Shown piece after piece: positions 6,086-14,531 of a DNA stretch of 15,360 bases. Each line of letters starts with the position of its first letter. Within the stretch, counting starts at the first letter, position 1. The DNA lies in NCBI GenBank assembly GCA_965662175.1, contig CBFIGT010000055.1, positions 1 through 15,360 of the forward strand, given 5' to 3'. The notes under the pieces are model-generated. The model did no database searches. It was not told the DNA's origin and saw only the letters and a program-made list of their open reading frames with translations. Source of the DNA: Arcobacter sp. (GTDB lineage Bacteria > Campylobacterota > Campylobacteria > Campylobacterales > Arcobacteraceae). The translations under genes and the position numbers were made by a program.

Positions 6086-7917
6086 AAGATATTCTCTCCA
6101 TTTTTTATAGATATTAATATTGAAGCACCCTCTTTTGATTTTAGAGCTTCTATTTTACCATTCATTTTATCTTCAATAAGTAGTTTTACCATGTATAAAC
6201 CAAATCCATCACCATCTTTTTTACTTGTGAAAAATGGTTCAAATACTTTTTCAAGATGTTCATTTTTTATTCCTATTCCATTATCTTTTATTAAAATGTG
6301 AGTAAAAAACTCTTTGGAATAGACATCTATTGAGATTTTACCCTCAATATTTTCACTCTTTTTTCTTTTTAGTATACTATCTCTACAGTTATTTATGATA
6401 CTTAAAATACACTGTTTAAACTCATTTGGGTAACCATATATTGTAAAAACCTTATCTTTCTCATAGTTTAAATCAACACTTATATAGTTATATTTTATAT
6501 TATGCTCAACTACTCTTAAAAGTTCAGTCATAGCTGATTTGATATCAAATTCACTTTTTGCTAGTGAGGGTTTTATAAAGCTTCTAAAATCATCAATAGT
6601 TTTTGTCATATATTGAACTTGAGTCATAATTTCATCTACAAACTCTTGGCTATCCTCTTTTGTAAGATCCCTTTTACCTCTTTTATATAAGAGTTCTTGG
6701 GCAATAGTTGAGATTTCAATTAGAGGCGTTTTCCATTGGTGGGCGATTGAGGTCATAATTTCACCAATTTCAGAGAGTTTTGAACGTTGGATTAAAAACT
6801 GTTCATTTTTCTTTTGTTTTGCAAGTTTTATTTCTAGTTTTACTCTTTTAACAATATTTACAATAAGTCCTATAATAAGTAGTATTAGTAATGGCATAAG
6901 TAAAAAAGCACTATCTATAAATTTTCGATATTTTTCAAAGAATCCTTTTGGCTTATTTATCAAAGTGGCTAACAAAGAAATATCAGAGTTATTCAAATTA
7001 TATTTTTTGATGATATTATAATCAAAATAGTATTTTGAGGTTGGGGTATCAATTTTTATTGAAGATGGTTTTGCGCCATTGATTATCTCAAATGCTTTTT
7101 TTGCAGCTAAAGAGCCTTGTTCTATTGGATTTACAACAATTCCACCAATTACACCCTCCCCCAAATGGATTTTATTTAGTACAAAAATAGGATATTTTGA
7201 GTTTTGAAAAAATACTCTTAGATTATTATATGGAATATATCTTCCTTTTATATCACTATATAAACTTGTAAATAAAACAGCACTATTTTTGGGTAAAGAG
7301 TTGACTTTTTCTTTTAAGCTTGTAATATCAATTTTATTATCATAAATGATTTTAAATCTATTTTCAAACTTTTTACTCGCACTTAAGATTTGATTTTGAA
7401 TAGCTTTTGAAGATAAGGTATTATCGCTTATTATGTACAAAGTATCTAGGTTTTTGATAGTTTTTTCGATTAATTCTATATTTTTCTCTATCTCTTTATA
7501 CTCAACTACTCCTGTAACGTATCTTCTTAAATCTTTAGGAATCATATCTTCTTTGAAGTTTTCTACTCCTGTAAAAACAATAGGAATATTGTTGAATATT
7601 TTTTTATGATGATTTAAAGCAAAATTAAAGGCATAATTATCAGCTGCAATTAGAACTTCATATTTTCTACTTGAGAATTTTTTTTCATAAAGATTCAATA
7701 AACTATCAAAATACTCTTTTGTGTTTATTTTTTTACTATCCATATACTCAACAGTTAGTTCATAATCAGGGTGTTTTTCTAAAATCTCTTTTATTCCATA
7801 GGTAATATTATCAGTCCATTTAAGACCCATATTATATGAGTGTAATAAAAGAATCTCTTTTTGAGAGTTAGCGTATGTATATGATAAAAATATAAGTAAA
7901 CTTAGTAGTAGTCGCAT
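6082..7917 (-). CDS. Sensor histidine kinase with periplasmic ABC-substrate-binding-like sensor domain
   Basis: Signal peptide MRLLLSLLIFLSYTYA (ATG 7917 preferred over 7941). Sensor motifs LLLHSY..GLKWTD, EYMDSK, PIVFTGV, GEGVIGG; one TM helix; H-box IAHQWKTP; N-box SIINNCRD; DNGIGI, FEPFFTSK, GDGFGL. Confidence 0.9.
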   Translation of the reverse strand: MRLLLSLLIFLSYTYANSQKEILLLHSYNMGLKWTDNITYGIKEILEKHPDYELTVEYMDSKKINTKEYFDSLLNLYEKKFSSRKYEVLIAADNYAFNFALNHHKKIFNNIPIVFTGVENFKEDMIPKDLRRYVTGVVEYKEIEKNIELIEKTIKNLDTLYIISDNTLSSKAIQNQILSASKKFENRFKIIYDNKIDITSLKEKVNSLPKNSAVLFTSLYSDIKGRYIPYNNLRVFFQNSKYPIFVLNKIHLGEGVIGGIVVNPIEQGSLAAKKAFEIINGAKPSSIKIDTPTSKYYFDYNIIKKYNLNNSDISLLATLINKPKGFFEKYRKFIDSAFLLMPLLILLIIGLIVNIVKRVKLEIKLAKQKKNEQFLIQRSKLSEIGEIMTSIAHQWKTPLIEISTIAQELLYKRGKRDLTKEDSQEFVDEIMTQVQYMTKTIDDFRSFIKPSLAKSEFDIKSAMTELLRVVEHNIKYNYISVDLNYEKDKVFTIYGYPNEFKQCILSIINNCRDSILKRKKSENIEGKISIDVYSKEFFTHILIKDNGIGIKNEHLEKVFEPFFTSKKDGDGFGLYMVKLLIEDKMNGKIEALKSKEGASILISIKNGENIL

Positions 7918-7959
7918 TTGTCTCTTTTGGTTTTCTTCCATTTTATCTAAAATTTCTTT

Positions 7960-7988
7960 ACTATAAAGGGATTAAAGCCCTTTATAGT
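7960..7988 (-). terminator. Hairpin after DASS transporter
   Basis: ACTATAAAGGG (7960-7970) and CCCTTTATAGT (7978-7988) form an 11-bp perfect stem with a 7-nt loop, just past the stop at 7997. The U-tail is weak. Confidence 0.65.
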
Positions 7989-7996
7989 CTTATTAT

Positions 7997-9403
7997 TTAG
8001 ATAAAAATCAATGAACCAATAATAATAGCACTTAGATATAAAGCTCCAAAGATTGCTCCTAAAGCCCACCATCTTCCTTGTGAAATATATCCAGCACCAT
8101 ACCAAATAGGTGAAGGACCTGTTGCATATGGAGTGATAATCCCCATAACCCCTAAACTACCAGCTAGTAAAATAGAGAATGGAATTAATTGCTCAGGTGT
8201 CATAAGTTTTACAGCAATTGCTAAGAATATTGGCATCAAAGCAGTTGTATGAGCTGTTGTACTAGCAAAGAAATAGTGTAATAAAAAGAACAATAACAAC
8301 ATGGAAATTATTAAACTTGTTGGAGTCATATTTACTAAATATGGCTCAGCGGTATTTCCAATCCAAGTTAAAACTCCAACTTTTTTAAGTCCTGAAGCCA
8401 TAGCTACAAGTGAAGCAAACCAGATTAATACATTAAACGCCGCTTTATTTGAAATAACATCATCCCATGAGATAATATTTGCTAATACCATTACACAAAC
8501 AACTGCAATAGCTGCTGTAGTAGAGTGAATACCAAATGTTTTACCAAATATCCAAAGAACCAATGCTACAACAGCAAGTCCTGCCATTAGATACTCTTTA
8601 GCTGTAACCGAACCTAATTTTTGTAACTCATCAGCTGCCCAAGCAGGAGCTTCGGGAGATTTTTTTTGTGTTGGTGGATATACAATATATACTAACCAAG
8701 GAGTTAGTAAAAATAGTGGTATCATAAGTGGTAACATAATTGAAGCCCAAGCTGACCATGAAATAACATTTCCTGTACCTTTGTTGATTAAATCAACTGC
8801 TAGTAAATTTGGAGCAAGTGCTGTTAAAAACATAGAGCTTGTAACACAAGTAATAGCAATAGCAACCCAAGAGATATAAGAACCTAATTTTCTAGGATCA
8901 TTATCAGGAGTTGAATCAAAAATCAAAGGAATATTACTAGCAATAGGATAGATAGTCCCTGCACTTCTTGCTGTATTTGATGGCATAAATGGTGCTAAAA
9001 TCAAATCAGAAAAAGCAACCGCATAACCAAGACCTAATGAACTTTTTCCCATATATTTAATCATAATAAGAGAAATTCTTCTTCCAAGACCTGTTTTTTT
9101 GTATCCAAGTGCAAACATAAAAGCTGCAAAAATAAGCCAAATAACTGTATTTGAAAACCCTGAAAGTGCCCATGAGATATTCTCTTTTGAAGATGGTCCC
9201 ATTAAACCTAAAACCGCTGTTAGTGAAATTCCTACCATACCAATTAGTGCTGCAGGAACTGGCTCTATTACAAGACCAACAACGACAGCAAAAAATATAG
9301 CAAGGAAATGCCAAGCGTTTACACTTAAACCCTCAGGTGCTGGAATAAACCAAAACACCACTAATACCGCTAGAGGTATTATATATTTAACTGTTTGTGA
9401 CAT
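7997..9403 (-). CDS. DASS-family anion permease (CitT/TtdT-like di/tricarboxylate transporter)
   Basis: Highly hydrophobic. Motifs PAPEGLS..AWH, LSGFSNTVIWLIF, GYKKTGLGRRI, PSNTARSAG, TSSMFLTALAPN, HYFFASTTAH, TPYATGPSPIWYGAGY. RBS AAGGAG. Confidence 0.93.
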   Translation of the reverse strand: MSQTVKYIIPLAVLVVFWFIPAPEGLSVNAWHFLAIFFAVVVGLVIEPVPAALIGMVGISLTAVLGLMGPSSKENISWALSGFSNTVIWLIFAAFMFALGYKKTGLGRRISLIMIKYMGKSSLGLGYAVAFSDLILAPFMPSNTARSAGTIYPIASNIPLIFDSTPDNDPRKLGSYISWVAIAITCVTSSMFLTALAPNLLAVDLINKGTGNVISWSAWASIMLPLMIPLFLLTPWLVYIVYPPTQKKSPEAPAWAADELQKLGSVTAKEYLMAGLAVVALVLWIFGKTFGIHSTTAAIAVVCVMVLANIISWDDVISNKAAFNVLIWFASLVAMASGLKKVGVLTWIGNTAEPYLVNMTPTSLIISMLLLFFLLHYFFASTTAHTTALMPIFLAIAVKLMTPEQLIPFSILLAGSLGVMGIITPYATGPSPIWYGAGYISQGRWWALGAIFGALYLSAIIIGSLIFI

Positions 9404-9429
9404 AATGTCTCCTTTAAATCTTATATCAA

Positions 9430-9462
9430 ATTATAAAATAGTTAAGGGGACAAAAATGAGAC
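9430..9462 (-). promoter_or_regulatory. Putative sigma70 -10 (TATAAT) with an OmpR-type direct repeat over the -35 region, upstream of the DASS gene
   Basis: Minus strand reads GTCTCatttttGTCCCcttaactatttTATAAT. The GTCYC half-sites are 11 bp apart. Confidence 0.5.
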
Positions 9463-9478
9463 TTTTAATAGGAAGTTT

Positions 9479-10303
9479 TTAGAATTTTAGATTTTTCAAA
9501 TAATCACTAATTTTAGGTATATTATCTTTTCTACAAACCAAACAAGTGGGGATATTTGCGGTTTTTTTATTTAGTTTTTTTATTTTTACATCATTTATAA
9601 ACCCTAGTTTTTCAACTAGATTTGTAGGTAGTAGTGTTTTTCCCATTCCAGCTTTTACACAAGCTAAAATTGTCTCTAAACTCCCAAAAGATAAGCTTTT
9701 ATCTACTATTATGCCTTTTTTCTCATAGTAGTCTTTTAAAAACTCATCATAAGCACAGCCCTCTTTAAATGATAAAATCACATTTGGTGTGTTTTCCTCT
9801 TTTGGCTCTACAATTGCAATCTCTTCTTCAAATTTTTGTAAAACCACTAACTCACTATATTTTGGTTCTCCACTTACAAAGGCTATATCAACTTTATAGT
9901 TTAAAATCAAATTTATCATATCTCTTGTGGTACCTGTTAGAAGTTCTAGTTGTATTTTGGGAAAATCTTGATGAAGTTTCATCAAAAAAGAGGATATTCT
10001 AACAGCTGCATTACAATCTGTTGAGCCAACTATTAGTTTTTGTTGTTTTATATTTTGCATATCTAAAACAGCTGCTTCAACTTTTTTCACTATTTCTACT
10101 GCATGTTTATAAAGTTTTTCCCCCTCAAGGGTTAAAATAACACCCTTTGGAATACGATGAAACAGAGTACAAGCTACGGATTTTTCTAGTTGTTTTATTC
10201 TTGATGTTACATTTGATTGGGCAAAACCTAGCTTTTTTGCTGCTAAGGTTACACTCTTTTCTTCAGCTACTACTACAAAAACTTTGAGAAGATTTGAATC
10301 CAT
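9479..10303 (-). CDS. LysR-family transcriptional regulator
   Basis: HTH MDSNLLKVFVVVAEEKSVTLAAKKLGFAQSNVTSRIKQLE..LFHRIPKGVILTLEG followed by a substrate domain. The start is likely ATG 10303 (AAGGA RBS), not 10330. Confidence 0.93.
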   Translation of the reverse strand: MDSNLLKVFVVVAEEKSVTLAAKKLGFAQSNVTSRIKQLEKSVACTLFHRIPKGVILTLEGEKLYKHAVEIVKKVEAAVLDMQNIKQQKLIVGSTDCNAAVRISSFLMKLHQDFPKIQLELLTGTTRDMINLILNYKVDIAFVSGEPKYSELVVLQKFEEEIAIVEPKEENTPNVILSFKEGCAYDEFLKDYYEKKGIIVDKSLSFGSLETILACVKAGMGKTLLPTNLVEKLGFINDVKIKKLNKKTANIPTCLVCRKDNIPKISDYLKNLKF

Positions 10304-10340
10304 ATCACTTTTCCTTATATCATCAATCACGATTTAATAT

Positions 10341-10370
10341 TTGACATTACATCACTTTTAGTGATATTAT
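10341..10370 (+). promoter_or_regulatory. sigma70 promoter of the MFS gene containing a LysR-box palindrome
   Basis: TTGACA (10341-46), 18-bp spacer, then TGa-TATTAT (extended -10, 10365-70). The palindrome ATCAC-tttta-GTGAT (10351-65, T-N11-A) lies in the spacer. Confidence 0.65.
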
Positions 10371-10402
10371 ACAAGAAATTATATATTTAAACAAGGCACT
10401 TT

Positions 10403-11584
10403 ATGAGTTTAAATCTTTTAGATAGAAATAATAACTTAAGTATTTTAATAGCAGGTATTTTTGCTGTAATTGTTGGGCTTGGTATCTCAAGATTTGTTTT
10501 TACATCACTTTTACCAAATATGTTAGATGGATTTTTGGATATTACCTTTGCTGGAATTTTAGCCTCAATTAATTTTGCTGGATATTTAAGTGGCTCTATT
10601 TTATCAATATTTATAAAAGATATAAATCAAAAAGTGATACTTTTTAGAATAGGACTTGTGTTAGTTATTATTTTAACTTTTATACAAGGGATAACTTTAA
10701 ATGAGACTATATGGATTATTTCTAGGGTAATGGCTGGTTTTGCTGGAGCTATGGCTTTTGTGGTTGGTTCTGCAATTGTTATGACAAAGCTTCAAATGGA
10801 GAGTAAAACAAAAGCTATGGGAATACATTTTTCAGGAATTGGTTTTTCTATTTTGACAACAGATTTAATTAGCAGGGGAGTAATTGATATTAGTTCATCA
10901 TGGCAATACTCTTGGTTAGTTTTATCTTTTGTGGCTTTGGTTTTATCACTTTATTCTGCTTATATTCTATCTTTTGATAAAAAAGTTGATACAAAAATAG
11001 TCAAACACAAAGTTGATAAATCAATATTTACGGTATTTGTAATAATTTTAATTATTGCATATTTTACAGAGGGTGTTGGTTTTGTAGTTCAAGGAACATT
11101 TTTACCTGATATTATCAACAACTTACCAGGTCTTGAGGGTTATGGAAATTTAACTTGGACATTAGTTGGACTAGCTGGAATTCCATCTTGTATTATTTGG
11201 TTAAGATTAGCTCATAAATATGGAAGTGTAAATATAATTATAATCGCTCTTGCTTTACAAACAGTGGGAATTTTAATACCAACTTTTACAAGTAATATGT
11301 ATATGAATCTATTTAGTGGTGTTTTATTTGGAGGTACTTTTGTTGGACTTGTAGGGCTTTTTATGACTTTAGGTGGACATTTAGCAAAAGGGAACCCTGT
11401 TGTTTTAATGGGTGCTTTAACCACATCTTATGGAATAGGTCAAGTTATAGCTCCTTTATATTCTGTATATTTAATTGATAAATTTGGTAACTATGATTAT
11501 GCTTTATATTTAACAGCATTTATAGTAATTTCAGGAATTATTTTACTTCTTTTTGCTAAAAGGTTTGACACAATTAAACATTAA
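10403..11584 (+). CDS. YbfB/YjiJ-family MFS transporter
   Basis: About 12 hydrophobic segments; GLGISRFVFTSLLPNM, AGILASINFAGYLSG, HFSGIG, AYFTEGVGF, YGIGQVIAP. Divergent from LysR. Confidence 0.9.
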   Translation: MSLNLLDRNNNLSILIAGIFAVIVGLGISRFVFTSLLPNMLDGFLDITFAGILASINFAGYLSGSILSIFIKDINQKVILFRIGLVLVIILTFIQGITLNETIWIISRVMAGFAGAMAFVVGSAIVMTKLQMESKTKAMGIHFSGIGFSILTTDLISRGVIDISSSWQYSWLVLSFVALVLSLYSAYILSFDKKVDTKIVKHKVDKSIFTVFVIILIIAYFTEGVGFVVQGTFLPDIINNLPGLEGYGNLTWTLVGLAGIPSCIIWLRLAHKYGSVNIIIIALALQTVGILIPTFTSNMYMNLFSGVLFGGTFVGLVGLFMTLGGHLAKGNPVVLMGALTTSYGIGQVIAPLYSVYLIDKFGNYDYALYLTAFIVISGIILLLFAKRFDTIKH

Positions 11585-11598
11585 AATCTTTTTTAAAG

Positions 11599-11784
11599 CT
11601 ATGATAAATTACTTAAGTTTGATACTTTATAAACAACATCTTTAAGTTCATTTAGTTTTTTGATAATTGCATCATTACAGTGTTTATCCATCTCATATCT
11701 TGTCTCCATAAAATCATAGATATTATCAATATTTGAAAATAACTCTTTTAATAACTGCTCTTTTATTTGCTCTTGGATGCTCAT
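11599..11784 (-). CDS. Small hypothetical helical protein (61 aa) with its own sigma54 promoter
   Basis: Occupies otherwise intergenic space. RBS GAGGA 6 nt before ATG, amphipathic helical pattern, and a GG-N10-GC promoter about 50 bp upstream. Confidence 0.8.
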   Translation of the reverse strand: MSIQEQIKEQLLKELFSNIDNIYDFMETRYEMDKHCNDAIIKKLNELKDVVYKVSNLSNLS

Positions 11785-11831
11785 TTTAATTCCTCTAATA
11801 TTTATCTTTATAACAACGCTTTTTTCTTATA

Positions 11832-11847
11832 TGCAAATTTTATTCCA
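11832..11847 (-). promoter_or_regulatory. sigma54 promoter for the 61-aa ORF
   Basis: Minus strand reads TGGAATAAAATTTGCA (GG-N10-GC). Confidence 0.82.
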
Positions 11848-11868
11848 AGCTTTTTACTCTTTTTTCTA

Positions 11869-11884
11869 TGGAACGCTATGTGCA
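11869..11884 (+). promoter_or_regulatory. sigma54 promoter for nifB
   Basis: TGGAACGCTATGTGCA (GG-N10-GC), followed by RBS AAGGAG and ATG 11920. Confidence 0.85.
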
Positions 11885-11919
11885 TAAGTCAAAACAGATA
11901 ACAAAATAAAGGAGATACT

Positions 11920-13362
11920 ATGAGTTGTTCTTGTACATCTACTAGTACACAAGAGGAATTACAGCAAGAGGTTATGGATAAGATTAATAATCATCCATGT
12001 TATTCTGAGGGTGCTCATCAACACTATGCGAGAATTCACGTAGCTGTTGCACCTGCATGTAATATTCAGTGTAACTACTGTAATAGAAAATTTGACTGTT
12101 CTAATGAATCAAGACCTGGCGTAACATCTGCAAAACTAAGTCCCGAAGATGCTGTTAAAAAGGTTTTATATGTTGGTGGTGATATTCAGCAACTATCAGT
12201 TGTTGGAATAGCAGGACCTGGTGATGCTTTAGCAAATCCTGTTAAAACATTTGAAACATTTAGAATGCTTCAAGAGAAAGCACCTGATTTAAAACTATGT
12301 TTATCAACAAATGGATTAAGACTTCCAGAGTTTATTGATGAGATTGAAAAGTACAATGTTGACCATGTTACAGTTACTATTAACTCAGTTGATCCTACAG
12401 GAGCAGTTGGAGCTGAAATTTATCCATGGGTTCACTGGAATCATGAAAAAGTATTTGGGGCTGAGGGTGCGAAAATTCTATTAGAGCAACAACTACTTGG
12501 TATCAAGATGTTAACAGATAGAGGAATTTTAGTAAAAGCAAACTCTGTTTTAATTCCGGGAGTTAATGATAAAGAGTTACCAAATGTTGCTAAAAAACTA
12601 AAAGAGTTAAATGTATTTTTACATAATATTATGCCACTTTTATCTAAACCTGAATATGGTACTTATTATGGACTTAATGGACAAGAGAGTGCAACTGATC
12701 AAGAGGTAATGGCAGCACAAGAGGCTTGTGGAATGGATATGAAACTAATGAGTCATTGTAGACAATGTCGAGCTGATGCTGTTGGACTTATTGGTGAAGA
12801 TAGAGGAGAAGAGTTTACTCCTGATGTTTTCCAAAATATGAATTGGGAAGAGTTACAAGATCAATATAATATGGAAGCACGTGCTCAAAAACATGAAGTT
12901 ATCGAGAACTGGAGAGCAGCATTAGACCAAGCTAATGATAGAATTAAAATAGAACAAGCTAGCAAAAATGAATTAAGTAGCACAGGCGAAACAAAACTAG
13001 TAGCTGTTACAACTTCTGGTGAGGGAACTATTAACTTACATTTTGGTAGTGCAACTGAGTTTTTAATTTATGAAGCTGGGGATAAGGCTATTAAATTTTT
13101 AATGCATAGAAAAGTTGAAAATGCTTATTGTAAAGGACCTGAAGATTGTGATGGTTCATATCCTATTGAAGAGATTAAAAATACTCTAAAAGATGTGGAT
13201 ATTCTTTTAACAGAGAAAATTGGTGGCTGTCCTCAAGATGAGTTAAACTCAATTAATTTGATTTCTGATGATTCATATGCTTTACAGCCAATTGAAAAAT
13301 CAGTTTTTGAAGCGGTTAAAAAGCATTTCTATAAAAAAGAGCTAGTAGCAGAAGCTGGTTAA
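11920..13362 (+). CDS. nifB: Nitrogenase cofactor biosynthesis radical-SAM protein NifB with C-terminal NifX-like domain
   Basis: HPC, CNIQCNYC (CxxxCxxC), ESRPG, AGPGD, TVTIN and CRQCRADAVG motifs. C-terminal INLHFG...KIG..P NifX domain. Confidence 0.97.
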   Translation: MSCSCTSTSTQEELQQEVMDKINNHPCYSEGAHQHYARIHVAVAPACNIQCNYCNRKFDCSNESRPGVTSAKLSPEDAVKKVLYVGGDIQQLSVVGIAGPGDALANPVKTFETFRMLQEKAPDLKLCLSTNGLRLPEFIDEIEKYNVDHVTVTINSVDPTGAVGAEIYPWVHWNHEKVFGAEGAKILLEQQLLGIKMLTDRGILVKANSVLIPGVNDKELPNVAKKLKELNVFLHNIMPLLSKPEYGTYYGLNGQESATDQEVMAAQEACGMDMKLMSHCRQCRADAVGLIGEDRGEEFTPDVFQNMNWEELQDQYNMEARAQKHEVIENWRAALDQANDRIKIEQASKNELSSTGETKLVAVTTSGEGTINLHFGSATEFLIYEAGDKAIKFLMHRKVENAYCKGPEDCDGSYPIEEIKNTLKDVDILLTEKIGGCPQDELNSINLISDDSYALQPIEKSVFEAVKKHFYKKELVAEAG

Positions 13363-13369
13363 TTTTTTA

Positions 13370-13385
13370 GGGAATAGCTTTTGCA
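13370..13385 (+). promoter_or_regulatory. Internal sigma54 promoter for nifV and downstream genes
   Basis: GGGAATAGCTTTTGCA (GG-N10-GC) begins 8 bp after the nifB stop. Predicted +1 near 13396. Confidence 0.78.
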
Positions 13386-13415
13386 TATAAGTTTTATATG
13401 AAAAAAGGCAAAAAA

Positions 13416-14531
13416 ATGTTTATCATCAATGACACCACATTAAGAGATGGAGAACAAGCTCCTTATGTAGCATTTAATACAAAAGAGAAGTTAGATATTG
13501 CACAAAAGTTGTATGAAGCGGGAGCTGATGAACTTGAAGTTGGTATTCCTGCAATGGGGAAAAAAGAGCAAGATGATTTAAAAGAGATTCTTGCACTTAA
13601 TCTTCCTATTCAAATTATGAGTTGGAATCGTGCTACTTTTAGTGATTTGGAAGCCTCTTTAAGTTGCGGACTTAAAGCAGTTGATTTATCTATTCCTGTT
13701 TCTGATATTTTAATTGATGTGAAATTTGGTGGTGATAAACAAAAGGTTTTAGCACAACTTGAAAAAGTTGTTCTTGAAGCTAAAAAAGAGGGTCTTTTTG
13801 TTTGTATTGGTGGTGAAGATTCAAGTAGAGCTGATATGAATTTTTTAAAAGAGCTTTTGGCTTTTGGAAAGAGTCTTGGAGCAAATAGATTTAGATATTG
13901 TGATACGGTTGGAATTTTAACTCCAAATAAAACTTATCAAAATATCAGTGAACTTACAAGCTTAGATTTACTTGATATAGAGATGCACACACACAATGAT
14001 TTTGGTATGGCAACGGCAAATGCTATTTCAGGGTTTGAAGCAGGAGCAAAAAGTGCTAATACTACAGTTATTGGCTTGGGTGAGCGCGCGGGCAACGCAT
14101 CTTTTGAACAAGTACTTATGAGTTTGGCAAGACTTTTAGGGAAAAATAGTGAGATTAAATCTGATAAATTAAAGTCACTAATTCAAACAGTTGGAAAAGC
14201 TTCAAATAGAAGAATTGATTCTAACTTACCTATTGTTGGTGAATATATCTTTTCACATGAATCTGGAATTCATGTAAATGGTATGATGAAATCAAAAAGT
14301 GCTTATGAACCTTTTACTCCAACAGAAGTTGGACTTCAAAGATGTTTTCCTATTGGTAAACATTCAGGAACCTCAACTCTACTTTATCATTTACAAACAT
14401 TAGGAATAGAAGCTTCAAAAGAGTCCTTACAAAAACTTTTACCTCTTATAAGAGAGATAGTAACAAATAGAAAAAGAGTTCTTGATACAAAAGAATTGGA
14501 AGAGTTATACTTATGTTCGTTGGATATTTAA
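13416..14531 (+). CDS. nifV: Homocitrate synthase
   Basis: DTTLRDGEQ, ELEVGIPAMG, GGEDSSRAD, RFRYCDTVG, EMHTHNDFGMATAN, GLGERAGNA, FSHESGIH, GKHSG, plus nif context. Start ATG 13416 (AAGG RBS) is preferred over 13398, which sits at the predicted +1. Confidence 0.93.
   Translation: MFIINDTTLRDGEQAPYVAFNTKEKLDIAQKLYEAGADELEVGIPAMGKKEQDDLKEILALNLPIQIMSWNRATFSDLEASLSCGLKAVDLSIPVSDILIDVKFGGDKQKVLAQLEKVVLEAKKEGLFVCIGGEDSSRADMNFLKELLAFGKSLGANRFRYCDTVGILTPNKTYQNISELTSLDLLDIEMHTHNDFGMATANAISGFEAGAKSANTTVIGLGERAGNASFEQVLMSLARLLGKNSEIKSDKLKSLIQTVGKASNRRIDSNLPIVGEYIFSHESGIHVNGMMKSKSAYEPFTPTEVGLQRCFPIGKHSGTSTLLYHLQTLGIEASKESLQKLLPLIREIVTNRKRVLDTKELEELYLCSLDI

Noticed and set aside
5514..11424. Short ORFs 5514-5699, 8301-8528, 9057-9314, 9099-9482, 9546-9728, 9769-10002, 11212-11424
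   Set aside because: All overlap well-supported genes antisense or out of frame, with no independent evidence.
5438..11584. Non-nif block as a mobile element
   Set aside because: No transposase, integrase, terminal repeats or target-site duplication seen, and composition looks like the flanks.
11581..11596. TTAAAA-tctt-TTTTAA hairpin between MFS and the 61-aa ORF
   Set aside because: An all-AT 6-bp stem is too weak to call a terminator.
11932..11949. TGTAC-N8-GTACA palindrome at the start of nifB
   Set aside because: It lies in coding sequence (Cys-Thr-Ser-Thr-Ser-Thr codons), the TGT-N12-ACA spacing does not fit NifA, and it is likely chance.
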